Source: Eubacteriales bacterium (GTDB lineage: Bacteria > Bacillota > Clostridia > Oscillospirales > CAG-272). Taken from it: a stretch of DNA of 64,000 nucleotides. The notes beneath the pieces were generated by a model. It had not been told where the DNA came from. It saw only the letters and a list, made by a program, of their open reading frames with translations, and searched no databases. Within the stretch, counting starts at the first letter, position 1, and each line of letters begins with the position of its first letter. A program made the position numbers and the translations under genes. The DNA is taken from NCBI GenBank assembly GCA_045542275.1, contig JAZQKP010000004.1:6391-70390 (forward strand). Reading direction: 5' to 3'. This document shows, piece by piece, positions 1 to 10,499 of the stretch.

Positions 1-1
1 A

Positions 2-247
2 CCCCTTTGCTATTTTGTTTTTTCCAGCATATTAAATCTTTTAAGCGTGGATTTCGGTAGAGGAGATGACTATCCTTACTTCTTTCTGAACCTTAAATCC
101 CCTGCCGGAATTTTCGGATTTTCAGACACTCCCCCCTTTGTAATCGGGTCATTTTACTGGATTTTGCTGTTTCTCTTTATGGTATTCAGCATTGCCTTTC
201 CCCTCGCCCTGATCAATAACAAAATACTTAAAAAGGCCTCAGTATGA
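2..247 (+). CDS. 3' part of a membrane protein starting before the window (Pr6Pr/AIG1-like)
   Basis: Frame is open from base 2 to the stop at 247; contains YPYFFLN followed by a hydrophobic C-terminal helix; a terminator follows. Confidence 0.5.
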   Translation, partial: PLCYFVFSSILNLLSVDFGRGDDYPYFFLNLKSPAGIFGFSDTPPFVIGSFYWILLFLFMVFSIAFPLALINNKILKKASV

Positions 248-256
248 GGCTTTTTT
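230..256 (+). terminator. intrinsic terminator
   Basis: GCCTCA-gta-TGAGGC stem followed by T6. Confidence 0.75.
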
Positions 257-258
257 AC

Positions 259-287
259 TTGACACTATTTTCTGTGTATGATAAAAT
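259..287 (+). promoter_or_regulatory. sigma-A promoter of the ABC-F gene
   Basis: TTGACA-17bp-TAAAAT with extended -10 TG. Confidence 0.75.
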
Positions 288-317
288 ACTAAAGGAATAA
301 ATGAAAGGAGGAAAAGT

Positions 318-1955
318 ATGAGAGGACAAAATATGAATCTTGCCTTTGGGCTTGAGGTTATCTATGATGATGCTGAATTTCAGATTGGCGAAAAGGATAA
401 GGTCGGTATAGTAGGCGTAAACGGCGCAGGTAAAACCACACTTTTCCGCCTTTTGCTAAAGGAAATAGAGCTTGATAGTGGTACATTGAATATCGGTAAT
501 GCCCGTGTTGGCTATCTGCCACAGGAAATTATTATCGAGGATGAAAATCAGACCGTATGGGAATATCTTTTGGAGGGACGTCCTGTACGTAAGCTTGAAA
601 AGGAGCTTAGCGAAATATACGGTAAGCTTGAAACCGAGCTTTCAGAGGAGGAGCAAGCCCCCTTGCTTCGCAGAATGCAAAGAATACAGGAGCTTCTTGA
701 ATACCATGAGTGCTATGATTATGAGGATATTTTGCTTGACCTTGTGGTTGAAATGGACATAGATCTTGATCTTGTTGAAAGACCTATGAGTGAGCTTTCG
801 GGTGGACAAAAGTCCAAGATGGCATTCTGCCGTGTGCTATTCTCAAAGCCGGAGATTTTACTCCTTGATGAGCCTACTAACCACCTTGACGCACAGACCA
901 AAGCCTTTGTAACGGAATACTTAAAAAACTATAAGGGTAGTGTGCTTATTATAAGCCACGATGTAGACTTTTTAAATCAGATAATAAACAAGGTTTTGTA
1001 CGTAAACAAGGTAACCCATAAAATCCTTATTTATGACGGAAACTATGATACGTATAAGAAGAAGCATGCCGAGGAGAAGAAGGCAAGGGAGCGCTTAATT
1101 ACCCAACAGGAAAAGGAAATCAAGGAGCTTTCCGACTTTGTTTTAAAGGCTAAGCAGGCAAGCCAGACTAACCACCGAATAAAGAGGGTTGGACAGGACA
1201 GAGAAATCAAGCTTGAAAAGAAGAAAAAAGAGCTTTTAGTCAGGGAACGTGGCTATAAAAGGGTTAAAATGGACATCAAGCCCAAGCGTGAGGGAGCATT
1301 GATTCCCTTGGAGGTGGAGCATCTTGCATTTAACTATCCCAACTCCCCATTGCTCTATAAGGATTTGTCCTTTAAAATCAACGGTGGTGAGCGATTCTTA
1401 GTTGTCGGCGAAAACGGTGTGGGTAAATCCACACTTCTTAAGCTGCTTATGCAGATTCTTACACCCAACTCGGGAAAAATCCGTTTCAATCCCAAAACGG
1501 ATATTGCCTACTATGCTCAGGAGCTTGAATATCTTGACCTTGATAAGACCGTGCTGCAAAATGTTGACAGGCCCGAATGTGCCGAATGGCAGCTTCGTGG
1601 TACGCTAAGCAACTTTCTCTTTTACGATGAGGACGTGTTTAAAAAGGTAGCTGTTTTATCCCCGGGTGAAAAGGCAAGAATTGCACTTTGCAAGGTGCTT
1701 ATGCAAAAGGCAAATCTTCTTATCCTTGATGAGCCCACTAACCATCTTGACCCCGAAACTCAGGCAATAATCGGTGGTAACTTCAGCACCTATGAGGGCA
1801 CAATTATTCTTGTAAGCCATAATCCCTCATTTGTAGAGCAGATAGGCATCAGCCGTATGCTTATTCTCCCCTCGGGCAGAATTGAGCATTACTCTCCCGA
1901 GCTTTTACAGTATTACTATGAGGTCAATACTCCCGATGAGGAAAAATACAAATAA
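318..1955 (+). CDS. ABC-F family ribosome-associated ATPase
   Basis: Two NBDs (GVNGAGKTT, GENGVGKST; LSGGQ/LSPGE; LDEPTNHLD twice), charged linker, no transmembrane segments; RBS AGGAGG. Confidence 0.92.
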   Translation: MRGQNMNLAFGLEVIYDDAEFQIGEKDKVGIVGVNGAGKTTLFRLLLKEIELDSGTLNIGNARVGYLPQEIIIEDENQTVWEYLLEGRPVRKLEKELSEIYGKLETELSEEEQAPLLRRMQRIQELLEYHECYDYEDILLDLVVEMDIDLDLVERPMSELSGGQKSKMAFCRVLFSKPEILLLDEPTNHLDAQTKAFVTEYLKNYKGSVLIISHDVDFLNQIINKVLYVNKVTHKILIYDGNYDTYKKKHAEEKKARERLITQQEKEIKELSDFVLKAKQASQTNHRIKRVGQDREIKLEKKKKELLVRERGYKRVKMDIKPKREGALIPLEVEHLAFNYPNSPLLYKDLSFKINGGERFLVVGENGVGKSTLLKLLMQILTPNSGKIRFNPKTDIAYYAQELEYLDLDKTVLQNVDRPECAEWQLRGTLSNFLFYDEDVFKKVAVLSPGEKARIALCKVLMQKANLLILDEPTNHLDPETQAIIGGNFSTYEGTIILVSHNPSFVEQIGISRMLILPSGRIEHYSPELLQYYYEVNTPDEEKYK

Positions 1956-1982
1956 GAGAGGCGCATAGCCTCTTTTATTTTT
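1950..1982 (+). terminator. intrinsic terminator
   Basis: AGAGGC-gcata-GCCTCT followed by a T-rich tail. Confidence 0.65.
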
Positions 1983-2017
1983 ACGCACCTTATTTTAAAA
2001 CTTATATTATAAAATAC

Positions 2018-2046
2018 TTGAATATTTTCACCCTTTGTGGTAAAAT
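2018..2046 (+). promoter_or_regulatory. sigma-A promoter of the miaB operon
   Basis: TTGAAT-17bp-TAAAAT with extended TG. Confidence 0.6.
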
Positions 2047-2075
2047 GATATAAATTGTTTTTGTAAGGAATAAAA

Positions 2076-3482
2076 ATGTCAGAATTTAGTAATTTTGTAG
2101 GAGCTGAGGAGCTTCTTAAGCAGCAGGAATATGCGTCAAGCACACGCAGACTTATAGATGGCAAGGGCTTTAAGGCTCACGTTATCACTCTTGGCTGTCA
2201 GCAGAATGAGGCAGACAGCGAAAGAATTTCCGGTGTTTTAAAAAGCCTTGGCTATGAGATAACAGAAAATGATAATGAGGCAGACCTTATTATCATAAAT
2301 ACCTGCGCGATAAGAGAGCATGCCGAGCGCAGAGCCCTCTCCTTTATCGGCAGATATAAGCACAACAAAATAAAAAATCCCGATATGATAATCGCTGTTT
2401 GTGGCTGTATGATGGCGCAAAAGCACAGAATGGAGCAGGTGCGCACCTTTGCATACGTGGATTTCGCCTTTGGCACAGGCTCAATGCACCGTTTGCCCGA
2501 ATTTGTGTATAATTCTCTTACAAAGGGTAAGCGTAAATTCATCCCCGACCCCGAAAGGATGCTTATCAGCGAGGAGATTCCCGTTCTTCGTAAAAGTGGC
2601 TATAAGGCGTGGGTAAGCATTATGTACGGATGTAATAATTTCTGTACATACTGTATAGTACCCTATGTTCGTGGAAGAGAGCGCAGCAGACTGCTAAAGG
2701 ATATTATTTCCGAGGTAAGGGAGCTTGTTTCAAAGGGCTATAAGGATATTACCCTTCTTGGTCAGAATGTAAATTCCTACGGCAAGGATTTAGAGGGTAA
2801 GCCCACCATTGCAGACCTTATTAATGAGATTTCCAAGCTTGATGGTGACTTCTGGCTTCACTTTATGACAAGCCATCCAAAGGATGCCTCAAGTGAAATG
2901 ATAGATGCAATCGCAAACAGTAAATACTGTGCAAATTGCTTCCATCTTCCCTTACAGTCAGGCTCAGATGAAATTCTTAAAAAAATGAACAGACACTACA
3001 CCCTTGACAGATATTTAAGCGTAGTTAAGGAGCTTAAGGAAAAGAACCCGGGTATTACTCTTACCACCGATATTATCGTTGGCTTCCCCGGAGAAACCGA
3101 GGAGGATTTCCAAAAGACTCTTGACGTAGTCAAGGCTGTGGAGTACGATTCAATCTACACCTTTATCTATTCACCGAGAAAGGGCACTCCTGCTGCCGTA
3201 ATGGAAAATCAGATTCCTGAGGAAATACAAAAGGAGCGCTTTAACCGTCTTGTTGATCTACAGAACAGCATTTCAAAAAACTTCAATGAAAGCGCTGTCG
3301 GTAAGACATTTAAGGCATTGGTGGACGGAAAGAGCAAAAATAATGAAAATGTGTATATGTCCCGTACAGAAAACAATAGAATAGTCCATTTTGAAAGCGA
3401 TACGGACTATACAGGACAGTTTGTAAATGTTAAAATCACCCGTGCAGACACCTTTGCTATGTACGGTGAAATAGAAAAATAA
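2076..3482 (+). CDS. miaB: tRNA-i6A37 methylthiotransferase MiaB
   Basis: UPF0004 N-terminus (TLGCQQN, NTCAIRE), radical SAM CNNFCTYC, C-terminal TRAM domain; synteny with mutSL. Confidence 0.95.
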   Translation: MSEFSNFVGAEELLKQQEYASSTRRLIDGKGFKAHVITLGCQQNEADSERISGVLKSLGYEITENDNEADLIIINTCAIREHAERRALSFIGRYKHNKIKNPDMIIAVCGCMMAQKHRMEQVRTFAYVDFAFGTGSMHRLPEFVYNSLTKGKRKFIPDPERMLISEEIPVLRKSGYKAWVSIMYGCNNFCTYCIVPYVRGRERSRLLKDIISEVRELVSKGYKDITLLGQNVNSYGKDLEGKPTIADLINEISKLDGDFWLHFMTSHPKDASSEMIDAIANSKYCANCFHLPLQSGSDEILKKMNRHYTLDRYLSVVKELKEKNPGITLTTDIIVGFPGETEEDFQKTLDVVKAVEYDSIYTFIYSPRKGTPAAVMENQIPEEIQKERFNRLVDLQNSISKNFNESAVGKTFKALVDGKSKNNENVYMSRTENNRIVHFESDTDYTGQFVNVKITRADTFAMYGEIEK

Positions 3483-3501
3483 TTATTTAGGAGATAGAAA
3501 A

Positions 3502-3897
3502 ATGGAAATTATGGAACTTGCTGCAAAGCTTGGTCAGGCTATCAAGGCTGACGAAAGAATTGCAAACATGAATGTAGCCAGAGAGGCTTACGAAAAGGAC
3601 GAAAAGATTCAGTCACTTATGATGGAGTATCAGGCTCAGCAGACTGCACTTGCAGAGGCATATAAGCTTGATGCTACAGATACAGCAGTTATCTCTGCAA
3701 TCGAGGGCAGACTTCAGGCAATCGTAGCTGAGGTTACAGGTAGCGAGGTATTTGTAAACCTTAACAAGGCTCAGGAAGAGGTTAACGCTCTTATGCAGGA
3801 GGTTAATGAGGAAATCGAATTCCAGATTACAGGTGTTCGTCCCTCATGCACACACGACTGCTCAACCTGTGGTGGCGGCTGCTCACACAATCACTAA
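3502..3897 (+). CDS. YlbF/YmcA (Ric) family regulator with Cys-rich tail
   Basis: Helical 131 aa protein in the ymcA position between miaB and mutS; C-terminal CTHDCSTCGGGC. Confidence 0.8.
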   Translation: MEIMELAAKLGQAIKADERIANMNVAREAYEKDEKIQSLMMEYQAQQTALAEAYKLDATDTAVISAIEGRLQAIVAEVTGSEVFVNLNKAQEEVNALMQEVNEEIEFQITGVRPSCTHDCSTCGGGCSHNH

Positions 3898-3924
3898 TTA
3901 ACTAAGAAAGAGGAATAAAACAGT

Positions 3925-6507
3925 ATGACATCCATGATGCAACAATACCTTGATATAAAAAATCAGTATAAGGATTTTATACTGTTTTATCGTCTTGGTG
4001 ACTTTTACGAAATGTTCTTTGATGATGCCATCAAGGCATCAAGAGAATTGGAGCTTACCTTAACAGGCAGAGACTGTGGTGAGCCGGAGCGCGCACCTAT
4101 GTGTGGCGTTCCCTATCACAGCGCCGAGGTTTATATCGGTAAGCTTATATCCAAGGGCTATAAGGTAGCTATCTGTGAGCAGATGGAGGACCCATCTACC
4201 GCTAAGGGACTTGTTAAGCGTGAGGTGGTAAGAGAAATCACCCCCGGTACAGTTGTAGAAAGCAATCTTCTTAACGAAAACAGAAATAACTACCTTTGCG
4301 CCATAGCTTATGACAGCACACATGTGGGCATTTGCTTTGCAGACGTATCCACAGGTGAAATAAGCGCTACATCTATCGATAACGAAAAGAGCAAGATTTT
4401 AAACGAGCTTGGCACATATTCTCCAAAGGAGATAATTGTAAATCTTCCTATGGACAGCGTGTCCTATCTTTACGATTTTGCAAAAACAAGGCTTAATGCT
4501 CTTTGCGAGTTTGAGCTTGATAATCTCTTTGATTATCCCAAGGCAAGCAATGAGGTAAGCAACCATTTTGGCAGCGAATTCACCGTAAAATACGGTAATG
4601 ACGAGCCTATGATTTGCGCTATGGGCGCAATTCTTGACTATATCCGTTCCACACAGAGAACAGATATATCCTACATAAACAATCTCAATGTTTACGGAGA
4701 GGGTCAGTATCTTGAAATGGACCTTAACACCCGCCGTAATCTTGAGCTGTGCGAAACCATGAGAAACAAGGAAAAGAGAGGCAGTCTTTTCTGGGTTCTT
4801 GATAAAACAAAGACCGCCATGGGCGCACGTATGCTCCGTAGCTTTGTGGAGCATCCCCTTATTGACGTTAAAAAGATTAATGCACGTCAGGGCGCAGTTT
4901 CAGAGCTTGTTAATAACTTTGTTCTGCGTGAGGAAATTTCCCATCTTCTTTCTAACGTTTTAGACCTTGAAAGACTTATGACCAAGGTAGTGTACGGCAC
5001 GGCAAACGGTAAGGATTTACGTGGAATTTCCACTACGATAGGCGTAATTCCCGATATCAGAAGCCTTCTTTTCACCGTAAATACTCCGGAGCTTTCTGCA
5101 ATCAGAAATGAGATTGACACTCTTGAGGATATTTACGAGGCAATTGATAATACCCTTGTGGAAAATCCCCCATTCTCCATACGTGAGGGCGGCTTTATCA
5201 AGGATGGAGTAAGCTCCGATGTTGATTATCTTCGTACCGTAATGAGTGACGGTAAGGGCTGGATATCCAAGATTGAGGAAAGCGAAAGAGAAAAGACAGG
5301 CATTAAAACCCTTAAAATAGGCTACAACAGAGTATTTGGATATTATATTGAGGTAACCAAGTCCTTAATATCCCAGGTACCCGAAACATACATAAGAAAG
5401 CAGACTCTTTCCAACTGTGAAAGATATATCACAGAGGAATTAAAGAGCATGGAGGCGACGGTTCTCGGTGCTACCGACAAGGTATGTGCCCTTGAATACG
5501 ATATTTTTATTGCACTCCGTGATGAGCTTGCTAAAAACCTTAAAAGAATTCAGAAGAGTGCTAACCTTCTTGCCAAGCTTGATGTTTACATCTCACTTGC
5601 AGAGGTAGCGATGAAAAATAATTACGTTTGCCCCGAGGTTGATTACAGCGATGTTATCGACATCAAGGACGGACGTCATCCTGTTGTGGAGCAGTTTGTT
5701 AAGGATAGCTACTTTGTGCCTAATGATACATTCCTTAATACAACAACAGACAAGCTTGCTCTTATTACAGGACCCAACATGGCAGGTAAATCCACATATA
5801 TGCGTCAGAGTGCGCTTATCGTTCTTATGGCGCAGATCGGCTCCTTTGTTCCCGCCAAGGAGGCAAGAATCGGTGTTGTGGATAAGCTGTTTACCCGTGT
5901 AGGCGCATCTGACGATTTGGCATCGGGTCAATCTACATTTATGCTTGAAATGACAGAGGTTGCCTACATTCTTGATAACGCTACAAAGCGTAGCTTTATA
6001 ATTTACGATGAAATAGGCAGAGGCACCAGCACCTTTGACGGTATGAGCATGGCTAAGGCTATTGCAGAATATACCGCAGGCAAGAAGATAGGTGCCAAGA
6101 CCATGTTTGCAACTCACTATCATGAGCTTACCTCTCTTGAGGACGAAATCAGTGGAGTTGTAAACTATAATATAGCAGCTAAAAAGCGTGGAGAGGATAT
6201 TATCTTCCTTCGTAAAATAGTAAAGGGCCCCACTGATGACAGCTACGGTATCGAGGTATCAAAGCTGGCAGGCGTACCAAATGAGGTTGTTAAGCGTGCC
6301 CGTGCTATTCTTGCCGATATGGTAGAGGGTGCTATAGGTGCGCCTAAATCCACAAGGGCTAAGGTGCAGGAAAGCATTCCTATGGAAATGTCCATAGAGG
6401 ATGTAAGCGTATATGAGGCTGCGGAAAGAATTAAGAAGGTGGATATTAACACCTTAACCCCCATTGAAGCGATGAACTTCATTTTTGAGCTTAAAAAATT
6501 ATTCTAA
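3925..6507 (+). CDS. mutS: DNA mismatch repair protein MutS
   Basis: GDFYEMF mismatch-binding motif, TGPNMAGKSTYMRQ, DEIGRGTST, FATHYHEL. Confidence 0.98.
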   Translation: MTSMMQQYLDIKNQYKDFILFYRLGDFYEMFFDDAIKASRELELTLTGRDCGEPERAPMCGVPYHSAEVYIGKLISKGYKVAICEQMEDPSTAKGLVKREVVREITPGTVVESNLLNENRNNYLCAIAYDSTHVGICFADVSTGEISATSIDNEKSKILNELGTYSPKEIIVNLPMDSVSYLYDFAKTRLNALCEFELDNLFDYPKASNEVSNHFGSEFTVKYGNDEPMICAMGAILDYIRSTQRTDISYINNLNVYGEGQYLEMDLNTRRNLELCETMRNKEKRGSLFWVLDKTKTAMGARMLRSFVEHPLIDVKKINARQGAVSELVNNFVLREEISHLLSNVLDLERLMTKVVYGTANGKDLRGISTTIGVIPDIRSLLFTVNTPELSAIRNEIDTLEDIYEAIDNTLVENPPFSIREGGFIKDGVSSDVDYLRTVMSDGKGWISKIEESEREKTGIKTLKIGYNRVFGYYIEVTKSLISQVPETYIRKQTLSNCERYITEELKSMEATVLGATDKVCALEYDIFIALRDELAKNLKRIQKSANLLAKLDVYISLAEVAMKNNYVCPEVDYSDVIDIKDGRHPVVEQFVKDSYFVPNDTFLNTTTDKLALITGPNMAGKSTYMRQSALIVLMAQIGSFVPAKEARIGVVDKLFTRVGASDDLASGQSTFMLEMTEVAYILDNATKRSFIIYDEIGRGTSTFDGMSMAKAIAEYTAGKKIGAKTMFATHYHELTSLEDEISGVVNYNIAAKKRGEDIIFLRKIVKGPTDDSYGIEVSKLAGVPNEVVKRARAILADMVEGAIGAPKSTRAKVQESIPMEMSIEDVSVYEAAERIKKVDINTLTPIEAMNFIFELKKLF

Positions 6508-6522
6508 AGAGGTGGTGAACGG

Positions 6523-8463
6523 ATGGGAAGAATTAATGTACTTGGATTTGACGTTGCCAATTTAATAGCGGCAGGCGAGGTAGTAGACCGTCCCTCATCC
6601 GTTGTTAAGGAGCTACTTGAAAACGCTATTGACTCCGGTGCCAAAAGCATTACAGTTGAGGTGAAAAAGGGTGGCAGCGCCTTTATAAGAGTAGCTGACG
6701 ATGGCTGTGGCATTGAATATGAGGATTTGCCCGTAGCCATTCTCCGTCACGCAACAAGTAAAATCAAGGATCAGACAGATCTTGAGGCTATTATGACTCT
6801 TGGCTTCCGCGGTGAAGCCCTTGCAGCTATTGCCTCTGTATCTAAAATAAGAATAATGTCCCGTCAGCCCGATAGGGAAATGGGTGGACTTCTTGAGTGC
6901 CACGGCGGTGAAATTGTAAATCACATGGCAACAGGCTGTGCAAAGGGTACAACCGTAATTGTAGAGGACCTTTTCTACAACGTACCTGCACGAAAGAAGT
7001 TTTTAAAGAAGGATATGACAGAAACCTCAGCTATTACAGCCGTAATAGAAAAGGTGGCAATGTCAAAGCCCGATATTTCATTCCGTTACATAGTTGACGG
7101 AGAAATCAAGTATATGACATCGGGGGACGGCAATCTTCTTAACACAATCTATGCTATGCTTGGCAGAGATATAGCAAAGAAGACAGTCAAGGTTGAAAGA
7201 GAGGACAACGGAATCAGGGTAGAGGGCTTTATTTCCACCCCTGAGCATGTAAGGTCCAACAGAAATTTTGAAAATTTTTATATTAACTCCAGATTTGTAA
7301 AAAGCAAGACAGCATCTGCAGCGATTGAGCAGGCGTATGTGTCATTTATCCCGTCGGATAAGTTCCCATTCTGTGTTCTTAATATAGTGATTGACCCCAC
7401 ACAGGTTGATGTAAATGTACACCCCTCTAAGCTTGAGGTTAAATTCTCTAATGAAAAGCTTATTTTTGAGGCTGTGTACTACGCAGTAAAAACCGCCCTT
7501 ACAAATGAGATAGTCCGTCCTGAGCTTTTCAAAGAGACAGACCCTGTGTCAAAAAAGGCACAGGAATATATAAATACTCCATTCCCCGTAACCGACAGAG
7601 AAGCCCCTCGGGCACAGAGAATGGTATTTGACTCTAACAGTAATATCGGCACTCTCCGTAGCGATTATACTCTTAAGTATGAGGATAAAAGGGAGACTGA
7701 TAGCAGGATAACAGAAAAGCCACAGGTGTCATCAATTTTTGACACCGTAATGGAAAAAATAAGCAAAAACGATGTAAAAGCCCCCGATTTTACACCGAAA
7801 ACAGAAAATATATCCCCTAAGGAAAATATTGTAAGCGTTCCTGCATTCGTTGAGAAAAAGGACGAAGCAAAGGTTACAGTACCCGACTATAAGCTTGTTG
7901 GCGAGGTGTTTAACTCATATGTAATAGTGGAGCTTGGCGAAACTATGTATATGATAGATAAGCACGCAGCCCACGAAAGAATTATATTCGAGGATTTAAA
8001 GAAGCTTACAGAGGAGGCATCTCCCTCATCACAAATGCTTATGATGCCTATTGAGGTATATCTTACAAGTGATGAAATCGGTGCCGTTACCGAATGGGAG
8101 GCAGACATAAGAAAAACAGGCTTCGGCTTTGAAATAAGCGGAGGACGTGTTTCAATTTACGAAATTCCCACAGGAATTGAGCAGGGTGTAGCAGGAGATA
8201 TGTTTGTCACCTTTGCTACAAGGCTTGTAAAGGGCGAGGGCGATGCTGCCACAGCTAAAAATGAGTTTTTTGAGCGTGCGCTGTATCAGGCGTCCTGCAA
8301 GGCAGCAATCAAGGCAGGTAGAGTATATGACAGCGGACACATCAAGTGGATTTGCGACAGAGTGCTCACCCTTAGCAATATAAAATACTGCCCTCACGGC
8401 AGACCTGTTGCCTTTGAAATTACAAAGCATTTTCTTGAAAAACAGTTTGAAAGGATAAAATAA
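6523..8463 (+). CDS. mutL: DNA mismatch repair endonuclease MutL
   Basis: IAAGEVVDRP, GFRGEAL, DKHAAHER, CPHGRP. Confidence 0.98.
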   Translation: MGRINVLGFDVANLIAAGEVVDRPSSVVKELLENAIDSGAKSITVEVKKGGSAFIRVADDGCGIEYEDLPVAILRHATSKIKDQTDLEAIMTLGFRGEALAAIASVSKIRIMSRQPDREMGGLLECHGGEIVNHMATGCAKGTTVIVEDLFYNVPARKKFLKKDMTETSAITAVIEKVAMSKPDISFRYIVDGEIKYMTSGDGNLLNTIYAMLGRDIAKKTVKVEREDNGIRVEGFISTPEHVRSNRNFENFYINSRFVKSKTASAAIEQAYVSFIPSDKFPFCVLNIVIDPTQVDVNVHPSKLEVKFSNEKLIFEAVYYAVKTALTNEIVRPELFKETDPVSKKAQEYINTPFPVTDREAPRAQRMVFDSNSNIGTLRSDYTLKYEDKRETDSRITEKPQVSSIFDTVMEKISKNDVKAPDFTPKTENISPKENIVSVPAFVEKKDEAKVTVPDYKLVGEVFNSYVIVELGETMYMIDKHAAHERIIFEDLKKLTEEASPSSQMLMMPIEVYLTSDEIGAVTEWEADIRKTGFGFEISGGRVSIYEIPTGIEQGVAGDMFVTFATRLVKGEGDAATAKNEFFERALYQASCKAAIKAGRVYDSGHIKWICDRVLTLSNIKYCPHGRPVAFEITKHFLEKQFERIK

Positions 8464-9599
8464 TGTTCAAAGTATTAAAGACCGACGGACGTGCGCGCCG
8501 TTGCACAATGGAAACTGTACACGGCACAATAGAAACACCTGTCTTTATGAATGTCGGCACCTGCGCTGCTATTAAGGGTGGAGTGTCCACAATAGATTTA
8601 AAGGAGCTTAACTGTCAGGTTGAGCTGTCAAATACCTATCATCTTCATATTCGCCCCGGTGATAAGCTTATTCACGACCTTGGTGGTATTCATAAGTTCT
8701 TCAACTGGGACAGACCTGTTCTTACAGACAGCGGCGGATTTCAGGTATTTTCCCTGGCTCAGCTTCGTAAGATTACTGAGGAGGGCGTTAAGTTTGCATC
8801 TCATATAGACGGTAAGCGTATTTTTATGGGCCCCGAGGAAAGTATGCAGATTCAGTCAAATCTTGCTTCCACCATTGCAATGGCATTTGACGAATGTATT
8901 GAAAATCCTGCCACATATGAATATACAAAGCAGTCCTGTGACAGAACTGTAAGATGGCTTGTAAGATGTAAAAAGGAAATGGAAAGATTAAACTCTCTTC
9001 CCGAAACAATAAACAAGCATCAGATGCTTTTCGGCATAAATCAGGGTAGCACCTTTGAGGATTTACGTATAAAGCATATGCAACAGATTGCAGAGCTTGA
9101 TCTTGATGGATATGCTATCGGTGGACTTGCAGTAGGTGAGGAAACCGAGGAAATGTACAGAATTATTGACGTGGTTGAGCCTTATATGCCTAAGGATAAG
9201 CCAAGATACTTAATGGGCGTTGGTACACCCTGTAATATTCTTGAGGCTGTCCACAGAGGAGTTGACTTCTTTGACTGTGTAATGCCCAGCCGTAATGCCC
9301 GTCACGGTAATCTCTTTACATGGCACGGCAAGATGAATATTATGAACGAGAAGTACGCCCGTGATTCCCGTCCCATTGACGAAAACTGTGGCTGTCCTGC
9401 CTGCCGTAATCATTCAAGGGCATATATCCGTCACCTTATCAAGGCTAAGGAAACACTTGGTATGCGCCTTTGCGTTCTTCATAACCTTTATTTCTACAAT
9501 GAGCTTATGCAGAAGATAAGAGACGCGCTTGATGGCGACTACTTTGAAAGCTTTTATCAGAAATACAGAATTTTACTGGGTGAAAGAAACCCCGACTAA
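8463..9599 (+). CDS. tgt: tRNA-guanine transglycosylase
   Basis: TPVFM, TDSGGFQ, DEC, GGLAVGE, CxCxxC zinc site. Confidence 0.97.
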   Translation: MFKVLKTDGRARRCTMETVHGTIETPVFMNVGTCAAIKGGVSTIDLKELNCQVELSNTYHLHIRPGDKLIHDLGGIHKFFNWDRPVLTDSGGFQVFSLAQLRKITEEGVKFASHIDGKRIFMGPEESMQIQSNLASTIAMAFDECIENPATYEYTKQSCDRTVRWLVRCKKEMERLNSLPETINKHQMLFGINQGSTFEDLRIKHMQQIAELDLDGYAIGGLAVGEETEEMYRIIDVVEPYMPKDKPRYLMGVGTPCNILEAVHRGVDFFDCVMPSRNARHGNLFTWHGKMNIMNEKYARDSRPIDENCGCPACRNHSRAYIRHLIKAKETLGMRLCVLHNLYFYNELMQKIRDALDGDYFESFYQKYRILLGERNPD

Positions 9600-9610
9600 G
9601 AGGAGATAAT

Positions 9611-10453
9611 ATGAAGCATTATATGATGTTGTTCCCCGAGGGAAAGACTAAGGCAGTAACCTTCAGCTACGACGATGCTATACAGAGTGACCGTCGCTTT
9701 ATAGAGCTTCTTAATAAGTACAATCTTAAGGGAAGCTTCAATATTTCATCTCATATGTGTATTACAGCAGAGGGAGAGGAAAATCCACGCAATATTAAGC
9801 TTTCGGAAATCAAGGATGTTTATAAGGGACACGAGATTGCATCTCACGGATATACACATCCTCACCTTGACAGACTTCCCGTAGAGACTATGAGCTATGA
9901 AATTTATAAGGACAGACTTACTCTTGAGGAAGCAACAGGAGAAATCGTAAAGGGCTTTGTATACCCCTACGGCAACTACAATAATGATACTATTACCGCC
10001 CTCAGAATGAACGGTCTTGTTTACGCACGTACCTGTATGGGCTTCCCAAAGCACCATGAGTTTGATGTGCCTGAAAACTGGCTTGAAATGGATACTACCT
10101 GTCACCATGCAGACAGTCGCCTTTTCGACCTTGCAGACAGATTTGTAAACGAGGACCCACTTCGTAACTGGCACAGAAAGGCAGGCTTCCTTTTCAGCAT
10201 CTGGGGACACACCTACGAGTTTGATAAGGAAGAGGAATGGGAAAGAATAGAGAAGCTTATGCAGCTTGTAAGCAACAGAGATGAGGTATGGTACCCCACC
10301 ACTATTGAGCTTTACAGATATGTAAAAGCATATAACTCACTTGAGTATTCCATTGACCAGTCAGTTATATATAACCCCTCAGCCTATGATATCTGGCTTG
10401 CAAGAGATGGAAAGCCCTTCCTTGCTCCTGCAGGCAAGAAAATAAGAATATAA
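9611..10453 (+). CDS. polysaccharide deacetylase (CE4/NodB-like)
   Basis: TFSYDD, HGYTHPHL, YPYG, WGH motifs. Confidence 0.85.
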   Translation: MKHYMMLFPEGKTKAVTFSYDDAIQSDRRFIELLNKYNLKGSFNISSHMCITAEGEENPRNIKLSEIKDVYKGHEIASHGYTHPHLDRLPVETMSYEIYKDRLTLEEATGEIVKGFVYPYGNYNNDTITALRMNGLVYARTCMGFPKHHEFDVPENWLEMDTTCHHADSRLFDLADRFVNEDPLRNWHRKAGFLFSIWGHTYEFDKEEEWERIEKLMQLVSNRDEVWYPTTIELYRYVKAYNSLEYSIDQSVIYNPSAYDIWLARDGKPFLAPAGKKIRI

Positions 10454-10499
10454 TTATAATGCCGGGTTATGCTCGGCATTTACAAAATAAGGAGAAATA

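Noticed and set aside
8463-9599. Possible queuine-salvaging (eukaryote-like) TGT
   Set aside because: It retains the DEC and GGLAVGE residues of canonical bacterial preQ1-inserting TGT
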